Assembly: GCA_964244895.1 (NCBI GenBank)
Contig: CAXTKV010000024.1
Span: 1-37,785 of the forward strand
Direction: 5' to 3'
DNA length: 37,785 nucleotides
DNA from: an uncultured Deinococcales bacterium
GTDB taxonomy: Bacteria; Deinococcota; Deinococci; Deinococcales; JAAFIG01
Shown here: in pieces, positions 1 to 9,749 of the stretch
Layout: every line of letters begins with the position of its first letter
Numbering within the stretch: position 1 is the stretch's first letter
Position numbers and translations under genes: made by a program
The notes under the pieces: model-generated
Database searches by the model: none
What the model was told of the DNA's origin: nothing
What the model saw: the letters and a program-made list of their open reading frames with translations, nothing else

Positions 1-270
1 GCGTCCACCGGCAGCCAGGTCGCCCGCGCCGAAGGCCTGAGATGCGAAAGGCACGATGCCGTTGACCGTGCCGCGCAACAGCAAAAAGGCCGTGAAGTAC
101 ACGAGCGATCCCAGTCCGACCGCCCCGACGGATTCCTTGCCGATTCGACCCATGAAAAGCGTGTCGGTCGTGCCCAACAGCGCGTAGGCCAGGTTTAAAC
201 CGATGATCGGTGCGGCCAGCTTGACCATCTCGAGCGCGATGGATTGGCGTGGGATGCTCGCAGTAGCCAT
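1..270 (-). CDS. MATE family efflux transporter, N-terminal part (runs off window)
   Basis: Own translation from ATG at 270: MATASIPRQSIALEMVKLAAPIIGLNLAYALLGTTDTLFMGRIGKESVGAVGLGSLVYF...ASQAFGAGD. Has the typical MATE D-T-x-F-x-G-R-x-G and SQAFGA motifs. TAGACT -10 lies 8 nt upstream. Confidence 0.85.
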   Translation of the reverse strand, partial: MATASIPRQSIALEMVKLAAPIIGLNLAYALLGTTDTLFMGRIGKESVGAVGLGSLVYFTAFLLLRGTVNGIVPFASQAFGAGDLAAGGR

Positions 271-524
271 AACGCTCGAGTCTACCGCCGGGGGTGCCGT
301 GCGCTGCGTCTGCCCGATGGCTTAGGTCAGGGCAACCGCAAATTCCGGATTGCTCCCTCTGTCCCGGTGGGAGCCGGTCGGGGGCGAGCGCGGCCTCTTT
401 TATGGATGGAGAGGCAAAAGGCTGCCCTGAGCCACGATCTCCTGTCATTCCGAGGAGGCACGAAGAATCTTTCGCGGTTGCTCGGGCGCGAAATGTTGCG
501 AGCTTCACGAGGCACAAGAAATCC

Positions 525-546
525 CGTCTGGGACGGTGTTCTTGAG
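525..546. repeat. CGT-N5-ACG element, right arm
   Basis: CGTCTGGGACGGTGTTCTTGAG. Confidence 0.75.
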
Positions 547-633
547 TTTCATGTCGGCGAAAGCCTTTTCGGGAGCTCAGGGCGACAGCCTCATGTTGCC
601 TCTGAGGCGTTTGAAGACAAAATTGAGAACCGC

Positions 634-662
634 TTGCGCGCCCGAATCGGCTGTGCTAATCT
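634..662 (+). promoter_or_regulatory. sigma70-type promoter of rplJL
   Basis: TTGCGC (634-639), 17 bp spacer, TAATCT (657-662) with an extended TG. Confidence 0.6.
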
Positions 663-737
663 TCGCGGGCTCGGGTGTTCCCGAGCGTTCCCCTCGCGGT
701 GCGAACCCGCTGCAACACGGGTCACGAGGAGAAGGCG

Positions 738-835
738 TTCGAGACAGCGGGGGCCGCCAGGCTCAAAGATCCCGCCGAGACGCGCGACAAGACTGAAATT
801 CTTCAGAAGACTTGTGCCGCGTTTTGAGGTTGAAG
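738..835 (+). promoter_or_regulatory. ribosomal protein L10 leader (autogenous control element)
   Basis: GAGACAGCGGG...CCCGCCGAG pattern resembling known L10 leaders, in the 5' UTR of rplJ. Boundaries approximate. Confidence 0.65.
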
Positions 836-963
836 CCTCCGGTAACGCGGTGTTTTTGTTATCGGATCATTGCGAACCGAACGACCCGGCCTCAATCGCG
901 CACCACCTCAAACTTCAGCTCCAGTGATTGAACGCCAGGACGCCAGGATCGTGGGAGGAAAAC

Positions 964-1479
964 GTGGCGAACGCAAAGAACACGGAATCACTCGCCATGC
1001 TTCGCGGGGCCTTGAAGGGCCGCACGAACTTCTTCCTCGTGGATTACCAGGGCCTTTCCAGTGAGGGATTGGGTCAACTTCGCAAGGAGCTGCGCGGACA
1101 AGGCGCAAAACTTCTGGTCGCGAAGAACACGATCATCAACCTGGCGCTGAAGGACGGTGGCTTCGATTTTGCCAACGCCCTCAAAGGCCCGAGCGCACTC
1201 GTGCTGATCGACACCGACCCGGTCGGTGCAGCCAAGGCGCTCACGGAATTTGCGAAGAAGAACGACAAGGGCATCCCCACCGCCAAAGGCGGCGTCCTTG
1301 AAGGTTCGGTCATCAACGCGAAGCAACTCGAGGATGTCGCCAAGCTGCCCTCGAAGAACGAATTGCGCGCGGAACTCGTTGGAGTGCTCGAAGCGACGCA
1401 ATCGAACTTCGTCAGCGTGCTGGGTGGCAAGCAGCAGGAACTCGTCGGCATCCTGGATGCCAAAGTCCAGAAGGGCTAA
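964..1479 (+). CDS. rplJ: 50S ribosomal protein L10
   Basis: Motifs DYQGL, LRKELR, KNT and LPSKNEL. GTG start at 964 after a GGAGG RBS. Confidence 0.97.
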   Translation: MANAKNTESLAMLRGALKGRTNFFLVDYQGLSSEGLGQLRKELRGQGAKLLVAKNTIINLALKDGGFDFANALKGPSALVLIDTDPVGAAKALTEFAKKNDKGIPTAKGGVLEGSVINAKQLEDVAKLPSKNELRAELVGVLEATQSNFVSVLGGKQQELVGILDAKVQKG

Positions 1480-1571
1480 ACACCCCGAAGGATCGGCAAA
1501 CAACCCGAGCCCACCGCTCGGACGATCCTGGCGCAGCCAGGTCGGATCGAGCCAATCAAAAGGAGTGAATC

Positions 1572-1946
1572 ATGGCTTTCGACAAGGCACGTATCGTTGA
1601 AGAACTCAGCAGCGCCACCATCCTCGAGATCAAGGATTTGATCGACACCCTGAAAGAAACCTGGGGCGTGACCGCCGCCGTCGCCGTGGCTTCCGGTCCC
1701 GCCGCCGCTGCCGCACCCGCCGCCGCCGTCGAAGAGCAGACCGAGTTCGACGTGATCCTCAAAGACGCGGGCGCGAACAAGATCAACGTCATCAAGGAAG
1801 TCCGCGCCATCACCGGGTTAGGGCTGAAGGAAGCCAAGGATTTGACGGAAGCGGGCGGAGCCGTCAAGGAAGGCATCACCAAGGAAGACGCCGCCAAGTT
1901 CAAGGCCCAGCTCGAGGCCGCAGGCGCGACCGTCGAAGTCAAGTAA
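1572..1946 (+). CDS. rplL: 50S ribosomal protein L7/L12
   Basis: [10 protein letters not shown]...[22 protein letters not shown]...[16 protein letters not shown]. Confidence 0.99.
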   Translation: MAFDKARIVEELSSATILEIKDLIDTLKETWGVTAAVAVASGPAAAAAPAAAVEEQTEFDVILKDAGANKINVIKEVRAITGLGLKEAKDLTEAGGAVKEGITKEDAAKFKAQLEAAGATVEVK

Positions 1947-1962
1947 TTTCAAGACTTGGATC

Positions 1963-1989
1963 AAAGAGGCCGGGTTCCCGGCCTCTTTT
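1963..1989 (+). terminator. intrinsic terminator after rplL
   Basis: AAAGAGGCCGGG-TT-CCCGGCCTCTTTT. Confidence 0.85.
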
Positions 1990-2013
1990 CGTTTGGAAGC
2001 TCAAACGTTTGGT

Positions 2014-2062
2014 CTCGAGAACACCGTCCTGCGCGCGAATTTGAGAATGCGTACAGGAGGTC
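2014..2062. repeat. CGT-N5-ACG element, degenerate right arm, 25 bp core spacing
   Basis: CTCGAGAACACCGTCCTGCGCG...GCGTACAGGAGGTC. Confidence 0.7.
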
Positions 2063-2143
2063 GCGCTTGTGGCGACACAGCTCGATCCGCAAATTCTGGC
2101 CGACGCCAGTTGACCGGGCGATTCTCATGCGCGATCAACTCAC

Positions 2144-2188
2144 CCGGAGAGGTTCCGCACTCGGGTCCGGAGAGGTTCCGCACTCGGG
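2144..2188. repeat. tandem 22-bp duplication
   Basis: CCGGAGAGGTTCCGCACTCGGG at 2144-2165 and 2167-2188. Confidence 0.9.
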
Positions 2189-2208
2189 CATTGATCTTTC
2201 GAGTTTTA

Positions 2209-2257
2209 GAGAACACCGTTCAGCGCGTATCTCAGGACTCGCGTGCTGGACGGTGTT
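2209..2257. repeat. CGT-N5-ACG element, 25 bp
   Basis: GAGAACACCGTTCAGCGCG...GCGTGCTGGACGGTGTT. Confidence 0.85.
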
Positions 2258-2265
2258 GTTCGTGC

Positions 2266-3723
2266 TTACAGCTTCGGGCGCAATGCCCAGGCCTCGAGCG
2301 AGACCAACCGCGCCTGGCCGCCCACCGCGTACAGCTCCAGGCTATCGTCTTCGGGTCGGGGAAAGATCAGGTCCGAAATCACGGTTCGCCCACCGTTGGC
2401 GAAGACCTCCACGGAACACGCATCCACGAAAACGTGAAACGAGACGCGCCCCTCAATGGCGGGCATCTGGGCGCTGTGCCGCCCCGGAAATTCCGGGCTG
2501 AAATCCACAGAACCCGAACGGCTGCGATCCACGTACAGGCTTTGCGTCAGCGCGTCGTAGCCGACCAGCGTTTCGGCATCTTGTCCGACCCGTAACTTGA
2601 GGCCGAACTCGGTCGCGGTCGAAGGCTCGAACTCCGCGATGATCTCGAGGGCGTCACCCCGGATGGGCAGCGGTCTCGCACCCTCGAGCAGCGCACCGCT
2701 CAGGCTGTAATGCTCGCCGCGCGCCCGCTCGAGTTCCCGAACGGGTTGTTGCACCAGCCGAATCTCGTTCCCAATTTGCTGCAGCGTCACCGTGCGCGGG
2801 ATGCTCATCATGCCGCGCCACGGTCGCGTTGGCGTCAGGTGCGCGTACTGCCAGTTGCTCATCCAGGCCAGCCAGATGCGGCGACCGTCTTGCGCGGGCA
2901 GATCCGACCACGAGACCGCCGCGTAAAAATCCTTGCCGCCGTCAATCCAGTTGGGTTCAGCCTGCGGGTCGTCGGGCACGAACCGCTGACCATCGAACTG
3001 CCCGATGAAATACTGCCCAGCCGAGCCCCCGAACGGCCCACCAGCGCCCACGTCGACCTTGAGCACCCAGCGCGTCCGGGTCGGATCGCCGTTTATGGGC
3101 AACTCGAACAGCTCGGGAACTTCCCAGACCCCGCCGACCGAACCAGCCGGGCCGAAATCGCTCAGGTGCGACCAGCTCTTGAGGTCGCTCGAGCCGTAAA
3201 ACTGAACCCGGTAATCGTTGGCCAGCACCAGCACCATGATCCAGCGCTGACTGGGCGCGTGCCAGAAGACTTTCGGATCGCGGAAGTCCTTCTGGTTGAT
3301 GTCCAGCACCGGGTTGCCCGCGTACAGATTCCAGCTGCGCCCGCGGTCGGTGCTGTAGGCCAGGCGTTGATCCTCGAGCGATTTGCCGTCGTGATGCCCG
3401 GTGAACGCGATCACCAGCGGCGGTTGTCCATCGATGCCCAAGCCGCTCGAGTTTTCCCAATCCACGACCGCGCACCCGGAAAACGCCATGATGCCGCCCT
3501 GAAACGGGATGGCGACCGGAAGCTGATCCCAGTGCAGCAGATCGCGGCTGACCGCGTGACCCCAACTGATGTTGCCGGGCGCGTCCGCGAGCGGGTTGTG
3601 CTGAAAGAACAGGTGGTATTCGCCGTCGACATAAACCAGGCCGTTCGGGTCGTTGATCCAGTGGCGTTCGGGCGTGAAGTGAAATTCGGGACGGCTCGAG
3701 TCGGGGTTTTCCACGGTCATCAC
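2266..3723 (-). CDS. GH32 beta-fructosidase (levanase/exo-inulinase/invertase-like)
   Basis: WINDPNG nucleophile motif, WGHAVS, FSG, FRDPKV, WEVPE acid/base motif, and C-terminal SVEVF beta-sandwich. No signal peptide. Start GTG 3723 or ATG 3720. Confidence 0.93.
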   Translation of the reverse strand: MMTVENPDSSRPEFHFTPERHWINDPNGLVYVDGEYHLFFQHNPLADAPGNISWGHAVSRDLLHWDQLPVAIPFQGGIMAFSGCAVVDWENSSGLGIDGQPPLVIAFTGHHDGKSLEDQRLAYSTDRGRSWNLYAGNPVLDINQKDFRDPKVFWHAPSQRWIMVLVLANDYRVQFYGSSDLKSWSHLSDFGPAGSVGGVWEVPELFELPINGDPTRTRWVLKVDVGAGGPFGGSAGQYFIGQFDGQRFVPDDPQAEPNWIDGGKDFYAAVSWSDLPAQDGRRIWLAWMSNWQYAHLTPTRPWRGMMSIPRTVTLQQIGNEIRLVQQPVRELERARGEHYSLSGALLEGARPLPIRGDALEIIAEFEPSTATEFGLKLRVGQDAETLVGYDALTQSLYVDRSRSGSVDFSPEFPGRHSAQMPAIEGRVSFHVFVDACSVEVFANGGRTVISDLIFPRPEDDSLELYAVGGQARLVSLEAWALRPKL

Positions 3724-3738
3724 GCGATCCTTGAGCGA

Positions 3739-3795
3739 AAAGACCGTCCTGGACGCGAAATCTGGATATCAATTTTTGCGTCCAGGACGGTGTTC
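3739..3795. repeat. CGT-N5-ACG element, 34 bp
   Basis: AAAGACCGTCCTGGACGC...GCGTCCAGGACGGTGTTC. Confidence 0.9.
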
Positions 3796-3821
3796 CTAAA
3801 CCTGGCTCGAGCATCCAATCC

Positions 3822-4709
3822 TTAGCCCTTGACGCTGCCCGCCAACATGCCGCGCACGAAGTACCGCTGGAACGCGATAAACACGAACAATGGTAAAGCC
3901 ATCGAAACGAACGCGCCAGCCGTCAAGAGCGTCCAGTTGGCCGCGTACGTGCCCAGCATCCCCATGATCCGCTGCGGCAGCACCACCAGGTTCTGCTTGT
4001 CGCCCAGGAACACCAGCGGAATCAGCAGGCCGTTCCAGACCCACAAGAACTGAAAAATCGCGAACGATGCGAAGGCCGGAACGGACAGCGGCACGACCAG
4101 CTTGGCGAACATCACCGGGTGCGATGCGCCATCCACGACCGCCGATTCAAAGACTTCCCTGGGCAACGTCACGATGTAGTTGTAGAGCAAGTACGTGGCC
4201 AGCGACAACCCAAAGCCGGTGTTGGCCAGCCAGACGCCCAAAAACGTGCCGTTCAAACCCAACGCGCGGTAGTCGCGCAGAATTGGAATCAAGGACATCT
4301 GCAAAGGCACGACCAAGAGGGCCACCAGAATCATGAACAAAATCTTGCGCCCCGGAAAAGTCATCCAGGCGAAAGCGTATGCAGCCAACGCCGCCAGGAA
4401 GATCGGAATCACAGTCGAAGGAACCGACATGATCACGGTGTTCAAAAACGCCTGATTGAGGTTGGTCGACGAAGCCGTGTTGCTGGCCGTACCGCCGTCC
4501 GTCCCCAGGACTTGGGCGTAATTTTGCAAGGTAAAACCGCCGTGATTCCCGGTGAAAACCGTCCACCAGCCGCTCGAGTTGACATCATCTGGAACCCGAA
4601 TCGAAGTGATCAACAAACCCAGCGTCGGGATCGTCCAGACGATCACGATCAAGATCAGCACACCGTAAATAACGATTTGTGAAATCGGGTTGAGCTTTTG
4701 TGCGACCAT
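3822..4709 (-). CDS. carbohydrate ABC transporter permease (MalG/AglG-like)
   Basis: EAA loop ESAVVDGAS, FQFLWVWN, FQRYFVRGMLAGSVKG. Confidence 0.93.
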   Translation of the reverse strand: MVAQKLNPISQIVIYGVLILIVIVWTIPTLGLLITSIRVPDDVNSSGWWTVFTGNHGGFTLQNYAQVLGTDGGTASNTASSTNLNQAFLNTVIMSVPSTVIPIFLAALAAYAFAWMTFPGRKILFMILVALLVVPLQMSLIPILRDYRALGLNGTFLGVWLANTGFGLSLATYLLYNYIVTLPREVFESAVVDGASHPVMFAKLVVPLSVPAFASFAIFQFLWVWNGLLIPLVFLGDKQNLVVLPQRIMGMLGTYAANWTLLTAGAFVSMALPLFVFIAFQRYFVRGMLAGSVKG

Positions 4710-4804
4710 TCGTGTCGGCTCCTTCGTTTGAACGGCACCCCAGAATTTCGAATTTCTCAGACCTTGCGCGAACGCCTCAGCTCGAGCCGAGGATCATACG
4801 GCGC

Positions 4805-5908
4805 TCAGAGCCTCGCGTCCTTGCTGAAATCGCGGATGTTGTAGTACACGACGGGCAGCACGGCCAGCAGCAGCACCATCGCGACCGCCGCGCCGCGCCC
4901 GTAGTCGAAACTTCGGAAGGTCTGCGTGTACTGCTCGTTGGCGATGATTTGCGTGCCAAAATTTCCGCCCGTCATGGCGAACACGATGTCGAAAACCTTC
5001 AGCGTGCCAATCACGATGGTGGTCGAAACCGCGATCAGCGTGCCCTGAATGTACGGGATGGTGATCTTGAAGAAACTCTGAAGTTCGGTGGCTCCGTCGA
5101 TCCGGGCCGCCTCCAGAAGCTCTGAGGGCAAGCCCTTGATGGCCGCAGAGAACACCACCAGCGCGAACCCGGTCTGCATCCAGATCAAAATCACGATCAA
5201 GAGGTACGTGTTCAAACCTCTGACGGTCAACCACGGTTGGGGTTGACCCCCGAAGGCCGTCTGGATGGCGTTCAGCAGCCCGATCTGATTTGCGCCCGGA
5301 TTGTAGGCGTACACCAGCTTCCAGACGGCGGACGCGGCGATCATGCTGATGGCCATCGGCAAGAACACCAGGGTTTTGACGCTGACCTCGAACCCCGCCC
5401 TGGTGCGATCCGCCAGCGCCGCGATCAACAAACCCAGAACCACGCTCATGCCGCCGCCGAAGATGATCCAGATCAGGTTGTTGCGAAACGATTCGAGCAT
5501 GGCCGGGCTGGTGAAGGCGTAGGCGTAATTCTCGAGCCCGACGAATTTAACCGAATTCGCATCGAACAAGCTCAGGTAAAACGTGCGGAAGGTCGGAATC
5601 AGAAGGTAATAGAAAACCAATACCAGGGCGGGTGAAACGAACACCCACGGCATCACGCGTTGCCGCCAACGCATCGGGAAGAGTTCGACGATGGAACTGG
5701 TCAGCGTGAACAAAAACCACACGCCCCCGATGCCCCAGATCAACGAGACCGCGAAGATCAACCACGGGTTGTCGCTACCATCGCGCAAGAACAAGAAGAC
5801 CCTGCGGTAAATCTCGAGCGTGACGATCAGCACCGCGATCAGGCCGATCAATTTCCCGGTTCGGGACGAATCGACGCTCGGTTTATAGGGCGCAGTCTGG
5901 TTGATCAC
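4805..5908 (-). CDS. carbohydrate ABC transporter permease (MalF/AglF-like)
   Basis: FVGLENY, LLEAARIDGA, LKVFDIVFAMTGG, YGRGAAVAM. Confidence 0.93.
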   Translation of the reverse strand: MINQTAPYKPSVDSSRTGKLIGLIAVLIVTLEIYRRVFLFLRDGSDNPWLIFAVSLIWGIGGVWFLFTLTSSIVELFPMRWRQRVMPWVFVSPALVLVFYYLLIPTFRTFYLSLFDANSVKFVGLENYAYAFTSPAMLESFRNNLIWIIFGGGMSVVLGLLIAALADRTRAGFEVSVKTLVFLPMAISMIAASAVWKLVYAYNPGANQIGLLNAIQTAFGGQPQPWLTVRGLNTYLLIVILIWMQTGFALVVFSAAIKGLPSELLEAARIDGATELQSFFKITIPYIQGTLIAVSTTIVIGTLKVFDIVFAMTGGNFGTQIIANEQYTQTFRSFDYGRGAAVAMVLLLAVLPVVYYNIRDFSKDARL

Positions 5909-6002
5909 GCGATTCTCCTCTGCAACACGAGTCGAGCTTAAAACGCCCAGGCGGACTTGAGAATTGCCATCGAGCTGTTATTGAACGTCTCAGTTTATGA
6001 AA

Positions 6003-6034
6003 TTCGGAGGCGAGGGTCAAACCTCGCCTCCGAA
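6003..6034. terminator. intercistronic stem-loop after the solute-binding protein gene
   Basis: TTCGGAGGCGAGG-6nt-CCTCGCCTCCGAA. The U-tract is not positioned for minus-strand termination, so it is probably an mRNA stabiliser. Confidence 0.6.
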
Positions 6035-6045
6035 AAAAGTGGTGC

Positions 6046-7314
6046 TTACTTCTTGTAGGCGGCGTCGATGCTCTTCAAGACCTGATCGAGATCGGTGCCC
6101 GTGACCCAGTCCGTCGTGCCCTTCCAGAACGCCTGGTTGACGGCGGAAGGCATGGCGTCCGAAGCGTCGAAGCGGGCGGCTTTGGCGCTCAGGATGATGT
6201 TCGCGAAGTCGCGCTCGAGCTTGGTCGGGTACAGGCTGACGTTCTGATCCTTGTGCGGGAACAGGCCGCCGCCCTGCTTGATCCACGGGTCAGCCGAAGC
6301 GCCGGTCGCCAGGAAGCTCATGAACTTCTGGACTTCCGGACGGTTCTTGCCTTTGAACATCACGAACTGGTCGCCGCCGACTTCGAGGGTTTGCGGCAAC
6401 TTGGTGTTGATCATCGGCAGCACGAACACACCGACGTTCGTATCGAGGTTCTTCTGGATTTCGTCCTGCATGAAGGCCGTCGCGAAGCTGCCCTGCATGT
6501 GCAACCAGCAGTTCACGGGTTTGGTGAACAGGCCCTTGGTCGAATCCAGGAAGCTGGTGGCAGCGATGGCCGCGCGACCGCCGTAGACGGCTTTCGGGTT
6601 GTTCCAGATGCCATCCACGATCTTGAAGGCGTTGCGCACGGCTTCCGAATCGAAGTTGACCTTGCCGGTGATCCAGTTGTCGTAGACAGCTGTCGGCTGC
6701 GTGCGCAGCATGATGTTCTCGAGCCAGTCGGTGGCAACCCAGCCGGTGGCCGCGCCGGATTCCATGCCGACGCACCAGGGCGCAGCTTTGGAGGATTCCA
6801 TGTCCTTGGTCAAGGCCTGGAGTTCGACCCAGGTCTTGGGAACCTTGTAACCGGCAGCTTCGAAGGCGGGCTTGTTGTAGAACACCAGGCCCTTGACGTT
6901 GACGCGGTGAAACACGCCGTAGACCTTGTTGTCAGCGCCCTTGCCGAGTCCCGCCCAGGCGGAGGCGTAATTCTTCTGGATCAGGCTGAGGGTCGAGGCG
7001 GAGACGGGTGCCAGCACGCCCTGAGCGGCGAAATCTTTCATCACGCCGGGTTGCGGGACAGCGGCGATATCCGGGTAGTCGCCGCTCTGAACGCGCACGT
7101 TCAGCACGGTGTTGAAATCGGGGCTGGTGCCGTAGTTGACCTTGATGTCGGGGTTCTTGGCTTCGAAAGCGTCGATCACGGCCTGGAAGGTCTTGGCTTC
7201 ACCGCCGCCGAATGCGCCGAGAACGTTGACGGTCTTTGTCTGCTGTGCAGCAGCGAGAGCAGCGACGGCAGCGTTCAGCACCGCGCTGGTGGCGAGAAGA
7301 GCTTTCTTGTTCAT
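6046..7314 (-). CDS. sugar ABC transporter substrate-binding protein (AglE-like)
   Basis: Signal peptide, PDIAAVPQPG, WCVGMESGAATGWVATDWLE, RFDASDAMP; GGAGG RBS. Confidence 0.92.
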   Translation of the reverse strand: MNKKALLATSAVLNAAVAALAAAQQTKTVNVLGAFGGGEAKTFQAVIDAFEAKNPDIKVNYGTSPDFNTVLNVRVQSGDYPDIAAVPQPGVMKDFAAQGVLAPVSASTLSLIQKNYASAWAGLGKGADNKVYGVFHRVNVKGLVFYNKPAFEAAGYKVPKTWVELQALTKDMESSKAAPWCVGMESGAATGWVATDWLENIMLRTQPTAVYDNWITGKVNFDSEAVRNAFKIVDGIWNNPKAVYGGRAAIAATSFLDSTKGLFTKPVNCWLHMQGSFATAFMQDEIQKNLDTNVGVFVLPMINTKLPQTLEVGGDQFVMFKGKNRPEVQKFMSFLATGASADPWIKQGGGLFPHKDQNVSLYPTKLERDFANIILSAKAARFDASDAMPSAVNQAFWKGTTDWVTGTDLDQVLKSIDAAYKK

Positions 7315-7441
7315 ACGAACCTCCTACTTTCCCTATCCCTTGATCCCAATCTTTGATCGTGCTGAGCGCCCACGAACTCGCACGGCGAAAAGCCCGTTTG
7401 AGCGCGATTCAAACCCGAGCGCGAAGCTCGAGGAACATCTA

Positions 7442-7490
7442 TTCGTAAACGCTTACGGATCAAGATAGTGCTTCATCCTGCGATTGTCAA
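7442..7490 (-). promoter_or_regulatory. ABC operon promoter with LacI-type operator O1
   Basis: TTGACA (7490-7485), 17 bp, TATCTT (7467-7462). Operator TTCGTAAACGCTTACGG at 7442-7458 covers the predicted start site. Confidence 0.75.
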
Positions 7491-7555
7491 GACTGGTGCT
7501 TTGGGGCTCAAAAAAGCGTGACAATCGAGATTTATTGAATTCAGGATTTCAGTAT

Positions 7556-7605
7556 TTGACAGCTTGACGAATCATGGCTAAGGTAGATTTCGTAAACCCT
7601 TACGG
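7556..7605 (+). promoter_or_regulatory. lacI-family gene promoter with operator O2
   Basis: TTGACA (7556-7561), 17 bp, TAAGGT (7579-7584). Operator TTCGTAAACCCTTACGG at 7589-7605 is 16/17 identical to O1. Confidence 0.7.
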
Positions 7606-7702
7606 TCAATCGAGAGTGCTCGAGTCAGCTTCTGGCTCGTGCGGTATTTGAATTGGTGGATGCGTCATTTTTACCGTTTTTGAAGCGATCAAAAGTAAAC
7701 CC

Positions 7703-8716
7703 ATGCCGAAACTGACCATCACCGAAATTGCTCAACTCGCAGGCGTCTCGATTGGGACGGTCTCGAGAGCGCTCAACGGGCGTTCCGGGGTCAGCCCGGA
7801 GACGCGCGCGTCGGTCATGGAGATCGTCAAACAGACGGGTTTCGTTCCCGATGTCAGCGCCAGACGGTTGGCGCGGGGCACGCGGCAACTCGTCGGGGTG
7901 GCTCCGTTTTCGCAGAACACGCCGCGCAGCCCGTACTACGCTTACCTGGTGGATGCCATCCAGGAGCGCCTCTACGAGAAAGGCTTCGTGGCGCGCGTGA
8001 TCGACCCGAACGACGCACAACATGCTGGAGCCTGCTCGGGTTTTATCGTGCCCGGAATGCATCTGGACGATCCCAGGGTCAACGCGCTGCAAAAACGCAA
8101 CCTGGCCGTGGTGGTCGTGGGACGCGGCGAAAGCGGCGTCTCGTGGGTCGATCTGGACAACGTCGGTGGTATGCGTAGCGCCGTCGAGCACCTGGTCAAG
8201 CTCGGGCACCGTGGAATCGCGCACCTGACGGGTTCCCCGATCGGTCAGACCACCCAGGCGCGGCTCGAATCGTACCGCGCCAGTCTCGAGGCGGCCAAGC
8301 TGGTTTTCGATCCTTCGCTGGTGCTGGACGGCGGTTTCACCGACCTGGGCGCGTACCGTGCGGTGCGCGAAATACTGGAGCGTTCCCTGATCCTGCCGTT
8401 CACGGCCATCACCGCCGCCAGCGACGAGATGGCGCTCGGTGCGATTCAGGCCATCACCGACCTGGGCTTGCAGGTTCCCCGCGACGTGTCGGTCACGGGC
8501 TTCGATGACTTGCCATCGTCGCAGCTGTCCAACCCGCCGTTGACGACCGTCCGCCAGCCGATTCGCCAAGTCGGCCACATCGCGGCGGAATTGCTCCTGG
8601 AACAGTTCGAGGGCATTTCGGCACAGAACGTGATCGTGCAGACCGAACTGGTCGTGCGCTCCTCGAGCGGACCACTGGTCGATCACCGCTCCAAAGCCCG
8701 ACCCGCTCGAGTCTGA
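7703..8716 (+). CDS. LacI family transcriptional regulator
   Basis: HTH TITEIAQLAGVSIGTVSRALNG; VPRDVSVTGFDD; PPLTTVRQP. Confidence 0.96.
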   Translation: MPKLTITEIAQLAGVSIGTVSRALNGRSGVSPETRASVMEIVKQTGFVPDVSARRLARGTRQLVGVAPFSQNTPRSPYYAYLVDAIQERLYEKGFVARVIDPNDAQHAGACSGFIVPGMHLDDPRVNALQKRNLAVVVVGRGESGVSWVDLDNVGGMRSAVEHLVKLGHRGIAHLTGSPIGQTTQARLESYRASLEAAKLVFDPSLVLDGGFTDLGAYRAVREILERSLILPFTAITAASDEMALGAIQAITDLGLQVPRDVSVTGFDDLPSSQLSNPPLTTVRQPIRQVGHIAAELLLEQFEGISAQNVIVQTELVVRSSSGPLVDHRSKARPARV

Positions 8717-8726
8717 TGTTCAAAAG

Positions 8727-8776
8727 AAGACCGTCCCAGGCGGTGTTATCTCCAATAACGCGTGCTGGACGGTCTT
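8727..8776. repeat. CGT-N5-ACG element, 29 bp
   Basis: AAGACCGTCCCAGGCG...CGTGCTGGACGGTCTT. Confidence 0.85.
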
Positions 8777-8804
8777 TTGCCCATCGCAATGCTCTCGGGA
8801 CGCA

Positions 8805-9674
8805 TCAGACGTGCTGCCGCAAGAAGACCACCAGATCATCCAGCACGGCGGGCTCGAGGAACCGCGCCAGTTTGGACATCACGCCCAGGATCATGAAGTG
8901 ATCCAGGCCGGCGTACAGGCGCAACTCCGTGATACTGCCACTTTCCAAGACGCGGTCGTGGAGGCGCTGAGCGTTCAACGGGTGAACGATGGCGTCGCGC
9001 ATGCCGTGCATCAGCATCAACGGTGGGTTCAGGCCATCCACCAGGTTGACGGGTTGCGTGCTGGGCCACGCGCCCGGGTCGCCCATCGCCAGGCGCACTT
9101 TCTCGTCGGTGTCAAACACCGTAATGAAATCGTACGGCCCGGAAATGCCGACGCTGGCCCGAATTCGGTCGCGCGAAAGCCCCACGCCCTCCAGGTAAGA
9201 CGCATCCACGGAAAGCAAACTGACCGTGTGCGCGCCGCTCGAGTGACCGACCAAGGCGACCCGTTCCGGATCGCCCCCGAAGCGCCGGATGTGCCCGCTG
9301 ACCCAGCGCACGGCCCGCGCGGCATCCTGCACGAAACCCGGAAAAACCGTCCCCGGCGCGAGCCGGTAGTTGATCGCCACGAACACGTAGCCGTGCTGCA
9401 CGAAAGATTCCGCCAGAAAACGGTACTCGGATTTGTCCCCGCCGTGCCAGTACCCGCCGTGAACGAAAACGATCACCGGCGCATCGAAGGCACCTTTGGG
9501 CGTGTACACGTCCAGCACCTGACGCGGCAGGGCACCGTAGTGCAGGTCTTCCGTCAGCGTGAATCGGTCGTGCGCGACGATGCCGTTGATCAAGGCCATC
9601 GGTGCGCGCATGATCTGCAAGCGCGCCAGGGCCTTGTAGAGTTCCTCGGAGAAACTTCGGGACTCGGTCGTCAC
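8805..9674 (-). CDS. alpha/beta hydrolase (HSL-like esterase/lipase)
   Basis: FVHGGYW, INYRLAP, nucleophile GHSSG, HGMRDAIV, catalytic His in GLDH. Leaderless-type TAGATT-6nt-GTG. Confidence 0.9.
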   Translation of the reverse strand: MTTESRSFSEELYKALARLQIMRAPMALINGIVAHDRFTLTEDLHYGALPRQVLDVYTPKGAFDAPVIVFVHGGYWHGGDKSEYRFLAESFVQHGYVFVAINYRLAPGTVFPGFVQDAARAVRWVSGHIRRFGGDPERVALVGHSSGAHTVSLLSVDASYLEGVGLSRDRIRASVGISGPYDFITVFDTDEKVRLAMGDPGAWPSTQPVNLVDGLNPPLMLMHGMRDAIVHPLNAQRLHDRVLESGSITELRLYAGLDHFMILGVMSKLARFLEPAVLDDLVVFLRQHV

Positions 9675-9749
9675 ACCAGTAATCTACGGGACGAACTTGA
9701 AAGTGGTTTCAAAGACCTGAACGGTTGCTCGAGCCTGAGGCCTCAAGGC

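Noticed and set aside
244..927. 227-aa ORF upstream of rplJ
   Set aside because: No recognisable motifs; it overlaps the MATE start, the rplJ promoter, a repeat and the L10 leader.
964..1946. rplJL separated from rplKA and rpoBC as a novelty
   Set aside because: As I recall, a similar split occurs in Thermus, so it is more likely a lineage trait.
2144..2188. 22-bp tandem repeat as a mini-CRISPR or iteron
   Set aside because: Only two copies with a 1-bp gap; simple slippage duplication is sufficient.
1956..2595. ORFs 1956-2501 and 1993-2595
   Set aside because: They run through a terminator and repeats and antisense to GH32; shadow ORFs.
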